Below are positions 54,530 to 63,238 of a stretch of DNA of 64,000 nt, piece after piece (position 1 is the stretch's first letter; the number at the start of each line of letters is the position of its first letter). This DNA comes from Minisyncoccia bacterium (GTDB lineage Bacteria; Patescibacteriota; Minisyncoccia; UBA6257; 2-01-FULL-56-20): contig JBEKRC010000002.1 in the NCBI GenBank assembly GCA_049997875.1, positions 2,755 to 66,754 of the forward strand, given 5' to 3'. The notes under the pieces were generated by a model. The model did no database searches. It was not told where the DNA came from and saw only the letters and a list, made by a program, of their open reading frames with translations. A program made the translations under genes and the position numbers.

Positions 54530-55785
54530 TAAAAGTTATTATATACCTTTCCGCCGACGATGCTGTGGATGACGCTTCCGGGAAACGTAATGCCCTCAAA
54601 CGGCGACCAGCCGCACTTTGTTTTCAGATCTTCCCGTCGGACCGTCATGGGGCGGTCGGGATCTATGACGGTAAACGAGCCGTAATAGCCCTCCTTGATT
54701 ACGCCGAATCCGTTTCCGTATTTCTTCGGGAGGTAGGGATTTACAAAATTGCCAGGATTGAACGCGGAAATGCGCGCGATATCGCACGGCGCGAATCCGT
54801 GTTCGCGCATGAGCCACGTCGTGAAGGGGCCGTACGTATCAAGATGCGGCATGCCGGAAGTGCCTTTCATTTTTTCTTCTCTTGTGTGCGGTGCGTGGTC
54901 GGTCGCAAGAAAATCAATGCCGCCCGTGCGTAGAAGCTCAATGAGCGCTTTTCTATCTGCGGGATTCGTGCGCAGGGCCGGGTTTACCTGGAGCCAACGC
55001 CGCTTTTCGTCGCTCACCGACGCGGCGTCAAAGTAAAGATGGTGCGGCGCGATCTCGCAGGTCACCGGCACGCCGCGCTGCTTAGCCTCAATAATTTTCC
55101 GTACGGCGGAAAGCGTGGATGCATGGCATATTTTCCCTTTCAGCTCGTATTTTTGAATGAGGGTGAGCGCGAAGTCAACAGCGATGACCTCCGTTTCGGG
55201 CGGGCGGCGCAGTTCGTGGGTAGATTCATGCTCGTGCGCCTTGAGCGCCACGGGATCTTCGCAGTGGAAGCTTATATTTTGGCCGCGATAGTGTGCGAGG
55301 GACGCCGTGAGCTCCTCTTGCGACGTAAAAAAGAGATCTCCCACCGAGGGTCCCATGAAGACCTTGTAAGGAACGGGGAACGAAAGCGGTTTCGTCTTCG
55401 GTCCGATGCCGCCATAGAGGATGACGGGCACGAGCGATCGCCCGGCAATCTTTTCTTTCTCACGGTAACGTTCATCCGTTATGGGTGCCATGGGATTGTT
55501 CGGCATTTCGGCGAAGAACGTGACGCCGCCGCGGATCGCCGCCTCCGATGCCGTTCGGAACGTCTCTTTGTATGATTGCGTGCCGCCCGCGTCCTCGCGC
55601 GCATGCACGTGGATGTCGCCGAAGCCGGGAAAGATAAAACAGCCTGCCGTGTCTATTTCTGATTTGGATGGACCCTGTGCGCGGCTCACATGCTCAATAA
55701 GCCCCGTTTCCCGGTTTATTTCCACCCGTCCTTCAAACTCACCGTCATGATTGATGAATTTTCCTTCTAGGATGAGTGTGCTCAT
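54529..55785 (-). CDS. pyrC: Dihydroorotase
   Basis: PGFGDIHVHARE, EMPNN, FHCED, CHAS, CEIAPHHL, VNPALR, ATDHAPH, TKCGWSPFEG. Confidence 0.92.
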   Translation of the reverse strand: MSTLILEGKFINHDGEFEGRVEINRETGLIEHVSRAQGPSKSEIDTAGCFIFPGFGDIHVHAREDAGGTQSYKETFRTASEAAIRGGVTFFAEMPNNPMAPITDERYREKEKIAGRSLVPVILYGGIGPKTKPLSFPVPYKVFMGPSVGDLFFTSQEELTASLAHYRGQNISFHCEDPVALKAHEHESTHELRRPPETEVIAVDFALTLIQKYELKGKICHASTLSAVRKIIEAKQRGVPVTCEIAPHHLYFDAASVSDEKRRWLQVNPALRTNPADRKALIELLRTGGIDFLATDHAPHTREEKMKGTSGMPHLDTYGPFTTWLMREHGFAPCDIARISAFNPGNFVNPYLPKKYGNGFGVIKEGYYGSFTVIDPDRPMTVRREDLKTKCGWSPFEGITFPGSVIHSIVGGKVYNNF

Positions 55786-55795
55786 ATATTTATTC

Positions 55796-56881
55796 TCATG
55801 TGTTTTTTGTGCCTACTGCCTCTTCAATAGACGAGAAGCCGTCCCGTTCAAGAAGTTTTACAAGGCCCTTTTTAATCTTCTTTACAAGCCCCGGCCCTTC
55901 ATACACAAGACCGGTATAAATCTCAACCAGAGAGGCGCCCGCCCGTATTTTCTCGTACGCATCTTCCGCCGAAAAAATGCCGCCGGCACCCACAAGCGGG
56001 ATAGTCCCGCGCGATCTTTTATAAAGATAGCGGATGATTTCGTTTGAGCGTTCCCGAAGCGGGCGCCCGCTCAATCCGCCCGCGCCCATCGCGGCCACTT
56101 TTGCTCCGGACGTTCCGAGATCGACGCGGGCAATGGTGGTATTCGTCGCGATGATGCCGCTTGTACCGGTTTCGCGGACGATGTCCACAACATCGTTCAG
56201 TTGTCCTTCGGTGAGATCCGGCGCGATCTTCAAAAGGATCGGTTTCTGATTTTTCGCATCGCGGTTGAGTCTTTGCAATGCCTTCAAAAGTTTCGTGAGC
56301 GCGTCTTTTTCCTGCAATGCGCGAAGGCCCGGCGTATTGGGAGAACTGACATTCACTGCGACGTAGTCGGCGAGGGGGGAGAGCGTGCGGAAACATGTTT
56401 CGTAGTCGTCCACCGCGTTTTCGTTTGGCGTGGTTTTGTTCTTGCCGATGTTCACGCCAAGCACGCAGTCCCGTCTTCCCGCGTGCGCCATAAGATTATT
56501 TTTCGCCGCTTCGGCGCCATTCCCGTTGAATCCCATCCGGTTGATGATCGCCTCGTCTTTTGGGAGCCGGAAAAGGCGCGGCTTGGGATTGCCCGGCTGG
56601 GGCCGCGGCGTGATAGTGCCTACTTCCACGAATCCAAAGCCGAGCGCGGAGAGGACGGGAGTGATCTCTGCATTCTTATCAAATCCCGCCGCAAGGCCGA
56701 CCGGGTTTTTGAATGATAGGCCGAACGCATGTACGCGGAGCCGCTCGTCCTCAAATGCGTAGAGCGATCTCACTATTTCGCGGAAAGGGGAATATTTGAG
56801 CACTCTTCCGAGCGCGTGGGTTCTCTCGTGTGCCACCTCGGCATCCGGCAAAAAAAGGAACGGCCTTACAAGCTTATACAT
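55796..56881 (-). CDS. pyrD: Dihydroorotate dehydrogenase, class 2 (quinone-type)
   Basis: AEVAHE, GLAAGFDKN, GNPKPRLFRL, NRMGFN, NIGKNKTT, NVSSPNTPGLR, KIAPDL. Confidence 0.95.
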   Translation of the reverse strand: MYKLVRPFLFLPDAEVAHERTHALGRVLKYSPFREIVRSLYAFEDERLRVHAFGLSFKNPVGLAAGFDKNAEITPVLSALGFGFVEVGTITPRPQPGNPKPRLFRLPKDEAIINRMGFNGNGAEAAKNNLMAHAGRRDCVLGVNIGKNKTTPNENAVDDYETCFRTLSPLADYVAVNVSSPNTPGLRALQEKDALTKLLKALQRLNRDAKNQKPILLKIAPDLTEGQLNDVVDIVRETGTSGIIATNTTIARVDLGTSGAKVAAMGAGGLSGRPLRERSNEIIRYLYKRSRGTIPLVGAGGIFSAEDAYEKIRAGASLVEIYTGLVYEGPGLVKKIKKGLVKLLERDGFSSIEEAVGTKNT

Positions 56882-56895
56882 GGGGCAAGTGGATG

Positions 56896-57687
56896 TTATC
56901 GGAACGCGTTGATGGCATCCTTTAGTTGTCTGGCCTCCCGTGCGGGATCCTTTGCAAAGATGATGCCGCGGGAAGAGTTTACGATCATGCCTTTCTTCTT
57001 GGCGCTCAAGCCTGCCCGTACCATCTTCTCAATATCGCCGCCCTGGGTGCCCACGCCGGGTACGAGGAAGGTCATGTCGCCCATGAGCTTTCGGAGCGTC
57101 ACCATCTCTTCTGGATAGGTCGCGCCGACGACGAGCAGGCAATTCCCGTTTTCGTTCCATTCGTCCCGTACCTTTTCCGCGATGATTTGCCACAACGGTT
57201 TCCCACCGACCGTGAGGTCTTGCACCTCGCGTGCGCCAGGATTGGAGGTACGGCAAAGGATGATACAGCCCTTTTCCTTTCGCGCAAGGAACGGCGCGAG
57301 CGGTTCTTTTCCAAGATAGGGAGAGAGCGTAACAGCATCAAAGCCGAACCAGTCAAAGAGCTCCCTTGCGTACTGTTTATTGGTGTTTACGGTGTCTCCG
57401 CGCTTTGCGTCGCAGATCATAATTATGTCGGGGTAGGTCTTTTGGATATATTCCATAGTGAGCTTCAGCGCGTGCATTCCCTCCTCGCCGCGAGATTCGT
57501 AAAATGCGATGTTCGGCTTGTAGGCGGCGACATCCTGATGGGTGAGATCAACGATATGTTTATTGAACGCAAACTGCGGGAATTTTTCCTTACGGAAGGA
57601 GGCGGGGATTTGCTCAAAATCGGAATCCAACCCGACGCAGACAAGCGATTGCGCCGCATCCGCGCGAAGGTTGTACTTTTTGATCAC
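56896..57687 (-). CDS. pyrF: Orotidine-5'-phosphate decarboxylase (subfamily 2)
   Basis: VCVGLD, YKPNIAFYE, DAKRGD, RTSNPGA, VVGATY, LVPGVGTQGG, NSSRGI. Confidence 0.94.
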   Translation of the reverse strand: MIKKYNLRADAAQSLVCVGLDSDFEQIPASFRKEKFPQFAFNKHIVDLTHQDVAAYKPNIAFYESRGEEGMHALKLTMEYIQKTYPDIIMICDAKRGDTVNTNKQYARELFDWFGFDAVTLSPYLGKEPLAPFLARKEKGCIILCRTSNPGAREVQDLTVGGKPLWQIIAEKVRDEWNENGNCLLVVGATYPEEMVTLRKLMGDMTFLVPGVGTQGGDIEKMVRAGLSAKKKGMIVNSSRGIIFAKDPAREARQLKDAINAFR

Positions 57688-58376
57688 AGTTTTAGTGGCC
57701 GCTCGCCGTATGTTGCAAAATATTCTTCTAACTCTTTCCTCACGATTTCGCCTGGTTGCAGTTTTTCAAACAACTTCGGCAGAAATTCCGTTGCGTTCGT
57801 GAGGGCATAATAGGGAATATCCTTTTCCTTGAGTACCTGTGCGACCGTGGTTCCGTCGTCGCGCCTCTCGCTGCGATTGGTAAGCGCAAGGGTGGCGATA
57901 ATGTTGACTTTTGCTTCAAGAAGAATATCAACCGTAGTGAGCAGAGACCCTCCTGTGGTAACGGCATCCTCCAAAACTATCGTTTTTCCTCTCGGGAGGC
58001 CGAGAAAGTGTTGGTCCTTTACGGCGCCATGCTCTTTCGGTTTACCGCGTCCCATGGCAAGCACATAGGGACGGCTTGTATAATCCGGCTGTTTTTTTGC
58101 CCATTTGTTTTGCGTGAGGACGCCGAGTTTTGTGGCTCCTTCCGGGACACCGTAAAAACAATCGGGTGAAAGCCCGAGGTCTTCCACGAAGGCGATCACG
58201 TAGTCGGTGAGCTCGTCAATGGAGCGCACGTCTTCGGCGACCGTCCGCCAGTTCGCATACCAGGGACAAAGCCGCCCCGACTTCATTTTCATCAGTTTCT
58301 CGGAAAAACCGACCACGCCATGATCCAGCATGAACGCTTCAAATGCGTTTTGGTCAAAGTGGTGCTTAGAACCCAT
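57684..58376 (-). CDS. pyrE: Orotate phosphoribosyltransferase
   Basis: MKSGRLCPWYANWR, RGKPKEHG, PRPP motif IVLEDAVTTGGS; operon context. Confidence 0.85.
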   Translation of the reverse strand: MGSKHHFDQNAFEAFMLDHGVVGFSEKLMKMKSGRLCPWYANWRTVAEDVRSIDELTDYVIAFVEDLGLSPDCFYGVPEGATKLGVLTQNKWAKKQPDYTSRPYVLAMGRGKPKEHGAVKDQHFLGLPRGKTIVLEDAVTTGGSLLTTVDILLEAKVNIIATLALTNRSERRDDGTTVAQVLKEKDIPYYALTNATEFLPKLFEKLQPGEIVRKELEEYFATYGERPLKL

Positions 58377-58488
58377 TAACGTAAGTATACAAAATTGGCT
58401 TGATATAAGTTAGCGATATGCAGTATGATGCAGCCAGCAGCCTCCGATGCTTGTTGTGATAAAAGAGGCGCTGGAAGGAAGGTGAACC

Positions 58489-58728
58489 ATGAGTGATTTA
58501 CGAGCTCTACGCTATCCTGTCGCGGCAGAGGATCGGCTACCGGAAGGGAAACCTTCCGCGCATGACCAGAAAGTCTTCCGGAAAGTTGGCCGTCTGATCG
58601 CTGCCGGGTGGAAACTTCTCGGTAGTTTTTACACCGGCTACGGCCACTATGCTATCCGCCTGTCTATGGCGAAAGGCGGCAGGGCAGAGGAGTTTTTCAC
58701 CGATCTGCCATTTGGGAGGGAGCTATGA
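58489..58728 (+). CDS. Orphan hypothetical protein (79 aa)
   Basis: GAAGGT SD; TTGATA-N18-TATGAT upstream (58400-58429). Confidence 0.55.
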   Translation: MSDLRALRYPVAAEDRLPEGKPSAHDQKVFRKVGRLIAAGWKLLGSFYTGYGHYAIRLSMAKGGRAEEFFTDLPFGREL

Positions 58729-58814
58729 AGCTTTTCAAAGTTGTCGGATTAGTCATCGTGTTGGTTTTTATCTTAGCTCTGGCGTTTTTGGGAGGATCTG
58801 GCATCAAGGGATGA
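58725..58814 (+). CDS. Small hydrophobic peptide MKLFKVVGLVIVLVFILALAFLGGSGIKG (29 aa)
   Basis: ATGA overlap with the upstream ORF, GGGAGG SD, single TM. Confidence 0.45.
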   Translation: MKLFKVVGLVIVLVFILALAFLGGSGIKG

Positions 58815-58848
58815 GTAAAGGAGAACACCCCAAAACGTCCCATCCACC

Positions 58849-58880
58849 AGTGCCCGCCGCCTAACTCACGTGCGGGCACT
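58849..58880. terminator. Hairpin between the small cassette and the carB end
   Basis: AGTGCCCGC-N14-GCGGGCACT inverted repeat. Confidence 0.5.
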
Positions 58881-58884
58881 TCGC

Positions 58885-61800
58885 TTATCTATACTTAATG
58901 CTGTTTTTCCTCCCAAGATATTCCTGCCAGGAGCGGATCGCGACGTCGCGGAGACCGTAGGTGACGCGGGCGCGGACGAAAGCCCGCGCAAGCTGAAGAT
59001 CGGTGAAAAGGGGAATGTTGGTATCCACGGCGGCGCGGCGGATGAGGTAGCCATCGGTCCGCCGCAGGCGCGATTCCTTGGAATGGTTGGCATGATTTTC
59101 ATGATTGCTCACGTTTACGACAAAGGCAATCTTTTTTTTCTGGATAAGCGCAAGTGCGTTCGGATTCTTTCCTTCGCTTACCTTGTATATCCGCGCGGCG
59201 CGGATGTCGTGACGATTGAGAAATTCTGCGGTGCCCTGGGTGGCATACAAGGTGAAACCGTTCGTGGCGAGCGCCTCTGCCGATTCCAGAAATTCCCTCT
59301 TATTGGACCCTCCGCCGAGCGAGACGAATGCGCTCTTCGCCTCATTCAGGGGCATGCTTGCCGCTATGGAGGTAAGCAGGGCGCTTTCAAGGTCACGGCC
59401 GAAGCAGGCGACTTCTCCGGTGGACGCCATTTCCACATGGAGCACCGGATCGGAACCCGGGAGTCGGCCGAAGGAAAATTGCGGCGATTTTACAACGGCG
59501 TAGTCGGGATAGCGGAGCGAGACGGCGCGGGCGTGCCCGTAGAACGCATCCACGATCATGTCGGCAAAATTCACACCGCTTGCCTTGCTGATGAAGGGGA
59601 AGGTGCGGGATGCCCGTGCATTGAGCTCTATCACGTACACTTTGTTGTCTTTCACGAGGCATTGCAGATTGAAGGGCCCCGTGATGCGGAGCGCGCGCGC
59701 GAGTTTCACGGCGACGGTTTGGATCTCGTTCGCGGTCTTTGCGTACACCTTCTGCGGCGGATACACGATGGTAGCGTCGCCGGAGTGCACGCCGGCGTTC
59801 TCAATATGTTCGGCAATCGCGGAAATTTTGATGATGCCGGATTGCGCAACCGCATCAAATTCTATTTCTTTTGCACCAAGGATGAATTTAGAGATCGTTA
59901 CGGGATGTTCGCGGTTCAAAAGGATCGCGCGCTTCACAAATTCCTTGAGTTCCGCCGCGTCGGCACACACACGCATGGCACTCCCGGAGAGCACATACGA
60001 GGGACGTACGAGAACGGGGTAGCCAACTTTTTCGGCAAAGTGTGCGGCTGCTTTTACAGTAGTGAAGGTATCCCATTCCGGCTGGGCGATTCGAAGTGAA
60101 TCAAGCAGTGCCGAAAACTTACTGCGGTCTTCGGCGCGATCAATGTCGTGCGGGTTGGTGCCCATGATCGGCACGCGGAGCGCCGATAATTTCTGGACGA
60201 TGTTATTTGGCGCCTGGCCACCGACCGATACGACGACTCCCGACGCACGTTCAAATTCATAAATGTCCGCCACTGATTCCAAACTTACATTTTCAAAATA
60301 AAGACGGTCGGAAATGTCGTAGTCAGTAGAGACCGTCTCGGGATTGCAGTTCACAATCACGGCCCGCTTATCGTGCTTTTTGAGCGCGAGGGCGGTATGC
60401 ACCGCTGACCAGTCAAACTCTACCGACGAGCCGATGTGATAAGGTCCCGAGCCAAGCACCATAACGCTCTTTTTGCCGAGCGGCGCGACGTCGTTATGGG
60501 AACCGTTATAGGTGAGATAGAGATAGTTCGTCCGCGCGGGAACCTCGCCCGCGAGCGTGTCAATTTGAAAGACCGACGGCACGACGCGGAATCGTTTTCT
60601 CTCGGCGCGGATTTGCATTTCGGTAGCTTCGCGAAGGTGGCCGATGCGCGCATCCGAAAGGCCGCATTGCTTCGCGCGAAGGAGCTTGTCTTTCGTGAGT
60701 CCGCCGGCTTTTATTTCCTTTTCCATCCGGATGATGTTCTGAATGCGATAGAGGAACCAAGGATCAATGCCAGTCAGTTTGTAGATAGTTTTCGGAGAGA
60801 TCCCGGCGCGAAGCCCTGCTGCGATCGCAAAGAGCCGGTGAGGAGTAGGGACCTTGAGGCGTCGCACGAGAGGGACGCTCGCTTCGCCCGGCACTTCATC
60901 CGTCGCGCCCTGGAGGTGGAGGTGAAGCATGCGGACCGCTTTTTGGATGGCCTCTTCAAATGTCCGCCCGATCGCCATCACTTCACCCACCGATTTCATC
61001 GCGCTTGAAATGGTCTCCTCGGCGCGCGCGAACTTGCTGATATCCCAGCGGGGGATCTTCACGACCACGTAATCCAGCGCCGGTTCAAAGAACGATTGCG
61101 TCACTTTCGTGATCTGGTTCGGCACGTCGTGGAGCGCGTGGCCCAGGGCGAGCTTCGCCGCGACGTAGGCGAGGGGATAGCCGGTCGCCTTTGAGGCGAG
61201 CGCGGAAGACCGCGAGAGCCGCGCATTCACTTCAATCACATAGTAATCAAGCGCGCCGTTCGTGGGCTTCGGGTTCAGTGCGAACTGGACGTTGCACTCG
61301 CCGATGATCCCCAAGCTTTTCACGATTTTGATTGATGCCGCGCGCAGTTCGTGATATTCGGTATTTGTGAGCGTCTGGCTCGGCGCGATCACGATGGAGT
61401 CGCCGGTATGGATGCCCAACGGATCCATGTTCTCCATGTTGCAGACCGTGACGCAGTTGTCGTACCTGTCCCGCACCACTTCGTATTCAATTTCTTTGTA
61501 ATGATGCAGATATTTTTCAATGAGCACTTGTGGAGAGAGGGCAAGCGCTCCCGAAACGATGGTGCGAAGTTCTTGGCTGTTTTTCGCGACGCCAGATTTC
61601 TGTCCTCCGAGCGCGAAGGCCGCTCGCACCATGACCGGGAAGCCGACGGCTCTAGCAATTTTCTCCGCCTCGCGAACGCTCACGGCTGCGCCCGATGGCG
61701 GGACGGGAAGACCTATTTTTCTTAAGTGGTGAGCAAATTTCTCGCGGTCTTCCGTAAGGATGATGCTTTTAAGGGGCGAACCCAGTACCTCAATGCCGTA

Positions 61801-62130
61801 TTTTTTGAGGATGCCGCGCTCGCCGAGGCGCACGCCGCAGTTCAGGGCGGTTTGCCCGCCGAAGGCGAGCGCGATGCCCTGTGGGCGCTCCTTCTCAATG
61901 ATTTTTTCCACGAAATAATCCGTGACCGGCAGGAAATATATTTTGTCCGCGAGGAGCGGCGAGGTCTGGATCGTCGCAATGTTGGGATTCACGAGCACGG
62001 TCCGAAGCCCCGCTTCCTTGAACGCTTTCATTGCCTGCGAGCCGGAGTAGTCAAATTCGCCTGCTTCGCCGATCTTGAGCGCGCCGGAGCCGAGCACCAG
62101 GACCTTCTTGATTTTTTGGTGCGGTGTCAT
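58885..62130 (-). CDS. carB: Carbamoyl-phosphate synthase large subunit
   Basis: LGSGALKIGEAGEFDYSG, GIHTGDS, IEVNARLSRSSALASKATGYP, NPETVSTDYD, GVHSGDA, MGS domain. Confidence 0.97.
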   Translation of the reverse strand: MTPHQKIKKVLVLGSGALKIGEAGEFDYSGSQAMKAFKEAGLRTVLVNPNIATIQTSPLLADKIYFLPVTDYFVEKIIEKERPQGIALAFGGQTALNCGVRLGERGILKKYGIEVLGSPLKSIILTEDREKFAHHLRKIGLPVPPSGAAVSVREAEKIARAVGFPVMVRAAFALGGQKSGVAKNSQELRTIVSGALALSPQVLIEKYLHHYKEIEYEVVRDRYDNCVTVCNMENMDPLGIHTGDSIVIAPSQTLTNTEYHELRAASIKIVKSLGIIGECNVQFALNPKPTNGALDYYVIEVNARLSRSSALASKATGYPLAYVAAKLALGHALHDVPNQITKVTQSFFEPALDYVVVKIPRWDISKFARAEETISSAMKSVGEVMAIGRTFEEAIQKAVRMLHLHLQGATDEVPGEASVPLVRRLKVPTPHRLFAIAAGLRAGISPKTIYKLTGIDPWFLYRIQNIIRMEKEIKAGGLTKDKLLRAKQCGLSDARIGHLREATEMQIRAERKRFRVVPSVFQIDTLAGEVPARTNYLYLTYNGSHNDVAPLGKKSVMVLGSGPYHIGSSVEFDWSAVHTALALKKHDKRAVIVNCNPETVSTDYDISDRLYFENVSLESVADIYEFERASGVVVSVGGQAPNNIVQKLSALRVPIMGTNPHDIDRAEDRSKFSALLDSLRIAQPEWDTFTTVKAAAHFAEKVGYPVLVRPSYVLSGSAMRVCADAAELKEFVKRAILLNREHPVTISKFILGAKEIEFDAVAQSGIIKISAIAEHIENAGVHSGDATIVYPPQKVYAKTANEIQTVAVKLARALRITGPFNLQCLVKDNKVYVIELNARASRTFPFISKASGVNFADMIVDAFYGHARAVSLRYPDYAVVKSPQFSFGRLPGSDPVLHVEMASTGEVACFGRDLESALLTSIAASMPLNEAKSAFVSLGGGSNKREFLESAEALATNGFTLYATQGTAEFLNRHDIRAARIYKVSEGKNPNALALIQKKKIAFVVNVSNHENHANHSKESRLRRTDGYLIRRAAVDTNIPLFTDLQLARAFVRARVTYGLRDVAIRSWQEYLGRKNSIKYR

Positions 62131-63176
62131 GGTTTCGGGACGCGCTTCAGGAAATAATCAAAAATCCAGCCCGTGTCCAAGGGACCCGGGCTTGCCTCCG
62201 GATGGAACTGTACGGACATAAAGGGCAAGCGCTCGTGGATCAGGCCTTCGTTCGTGCGGTCGTTCGCGTTCACGAACCACGGGCGGAAGCCGCGCGGGAT
62301 CCTTTTCACGGCAAAGCCATGATTCTGGGTCGTGAGGTAGGAGCGGTCGGTGCCCACGAGCCGACACGGCTGGTTCTGGCTCCGGTGCCCGAATTTAAGC
62401 TTATAGGTAGTACCGCCGGCCGCAAGCGCCAAAATTTGGTTGCCGAGGCAGATACCCAGCATCGGGACCTTTCTCCGAAGCGCCTCGCGGATGTTTGCGA
62501 TAGTGGCGCGGGCCATCATAGGATCGCCCGGGCCGTTTGAGATCACAATGGCGTCAAAGGCGGGCGCGCCCTTTTTGAAGATAGGATAATTCCACGGCAC
62601 GGTCGTAACCCGCACGCCGCGCGCGAGCAGATTGCGACGGATATTTTCCTTCGTGCCGCAATCAACGAGCGCGATCGTCCGTTTACCGTTGCCTTCACGA
62701 AGGAGTGTCTTTATAGAAACCTCGTCCACGAGGTTCCGGCGGTTCGGATCGTCAAATGGGACGTTTTTTTTGCCGATCAAAATCTTCCCAAGCATCGCGC
62801 CTTCTCCGCGTAACTTTTCTGCAAGCGCACGGGTGTCTTTTATCTCAAGCGCGGGTACCCCTTCGCGCCGAAGCCATTTGCCCAGGGTCATCATGCTTGT
62901 GGGATGCGACGGCGTGTCAACGTACTGTGATACCACGACGCCCGCCACCTGAACCCTTTTTGATTCCCAGTGCGTTCTGTCCGGCACGCCGTAGTTCCCG
63001 AGCAGGGGATAGGTGAAAATAAGGATCTGACCCGCATAGGACGGGTCAGTGAGCGATTCCGGATATCCGACCATGCCGGTCGTAAAAACAATTTCACCGG
63101 CAATGGAGATGGGCTTGCCGAAACTTGCCCCCTCAAAAACTATGCCGTCCTTGAAAACGAGTTTGCCGCGCTTCAT
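62127..63176 (-). CDS. carA: Carbamoyl-phosphate synthase small subunit
   Basis: FTTGMVGYPESLTDPSY, SNGPGDP, GICLGNQ, QNHGFAV, QFHPE. Confidence 0.96.
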   Translation of the reverse strand: MKRGKLVFKDGIVFEGASFGKPISIAGEIVFTTGMVGYPESLTDPSYAGQILIFTYPLLGNYGVPDRTHWESKRVQVAGVVVSQYVDTPSHPTSMMTLGKWLRREGVPALEIKDTRALAEKLRGEGAMLGKILIGKKNVPFDDPNRRNLVDEVSIKTLLREGNGKRTIALVDCGTKENIRRNLLARGVRVTTVPWNYPIFKKGAPAFDAIVISNGPGDPMMARATIANIREALRRKVPMLGICLGNQILALAAGGTTYKLKFGHRSQNQPCRLVGTDRSYLTTQNHGFAVKRIPRGFRPWFVNANDRTNEGLIHERLPFMSVQFHPEASPGPLDTGWIFDYFLKRVPKP

Positions 63177-63238
63177 ATAGATGGGCCATCAGCCCGTTCG
63201 TACTATTGTAGCAAATGAAGCCAAACGGTACCACCCTA

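Noticed and set aside
58870-60099. 409-aa + strand ORF and other long antisense ORFs (e.g. 1349-2230, 52124-52951, 56926-57810)
   Set aside because: Shadow frames opposite well-supported genes in GC-rich sequence, with no recognisable motifs.
63177-63222. PyrR-binding attenuator upstream of carA
   Set aside because: Only a short ACGGGC/GCCCAT hairpin; no PyrR loop consensus, no terminator and no pyrR gene.
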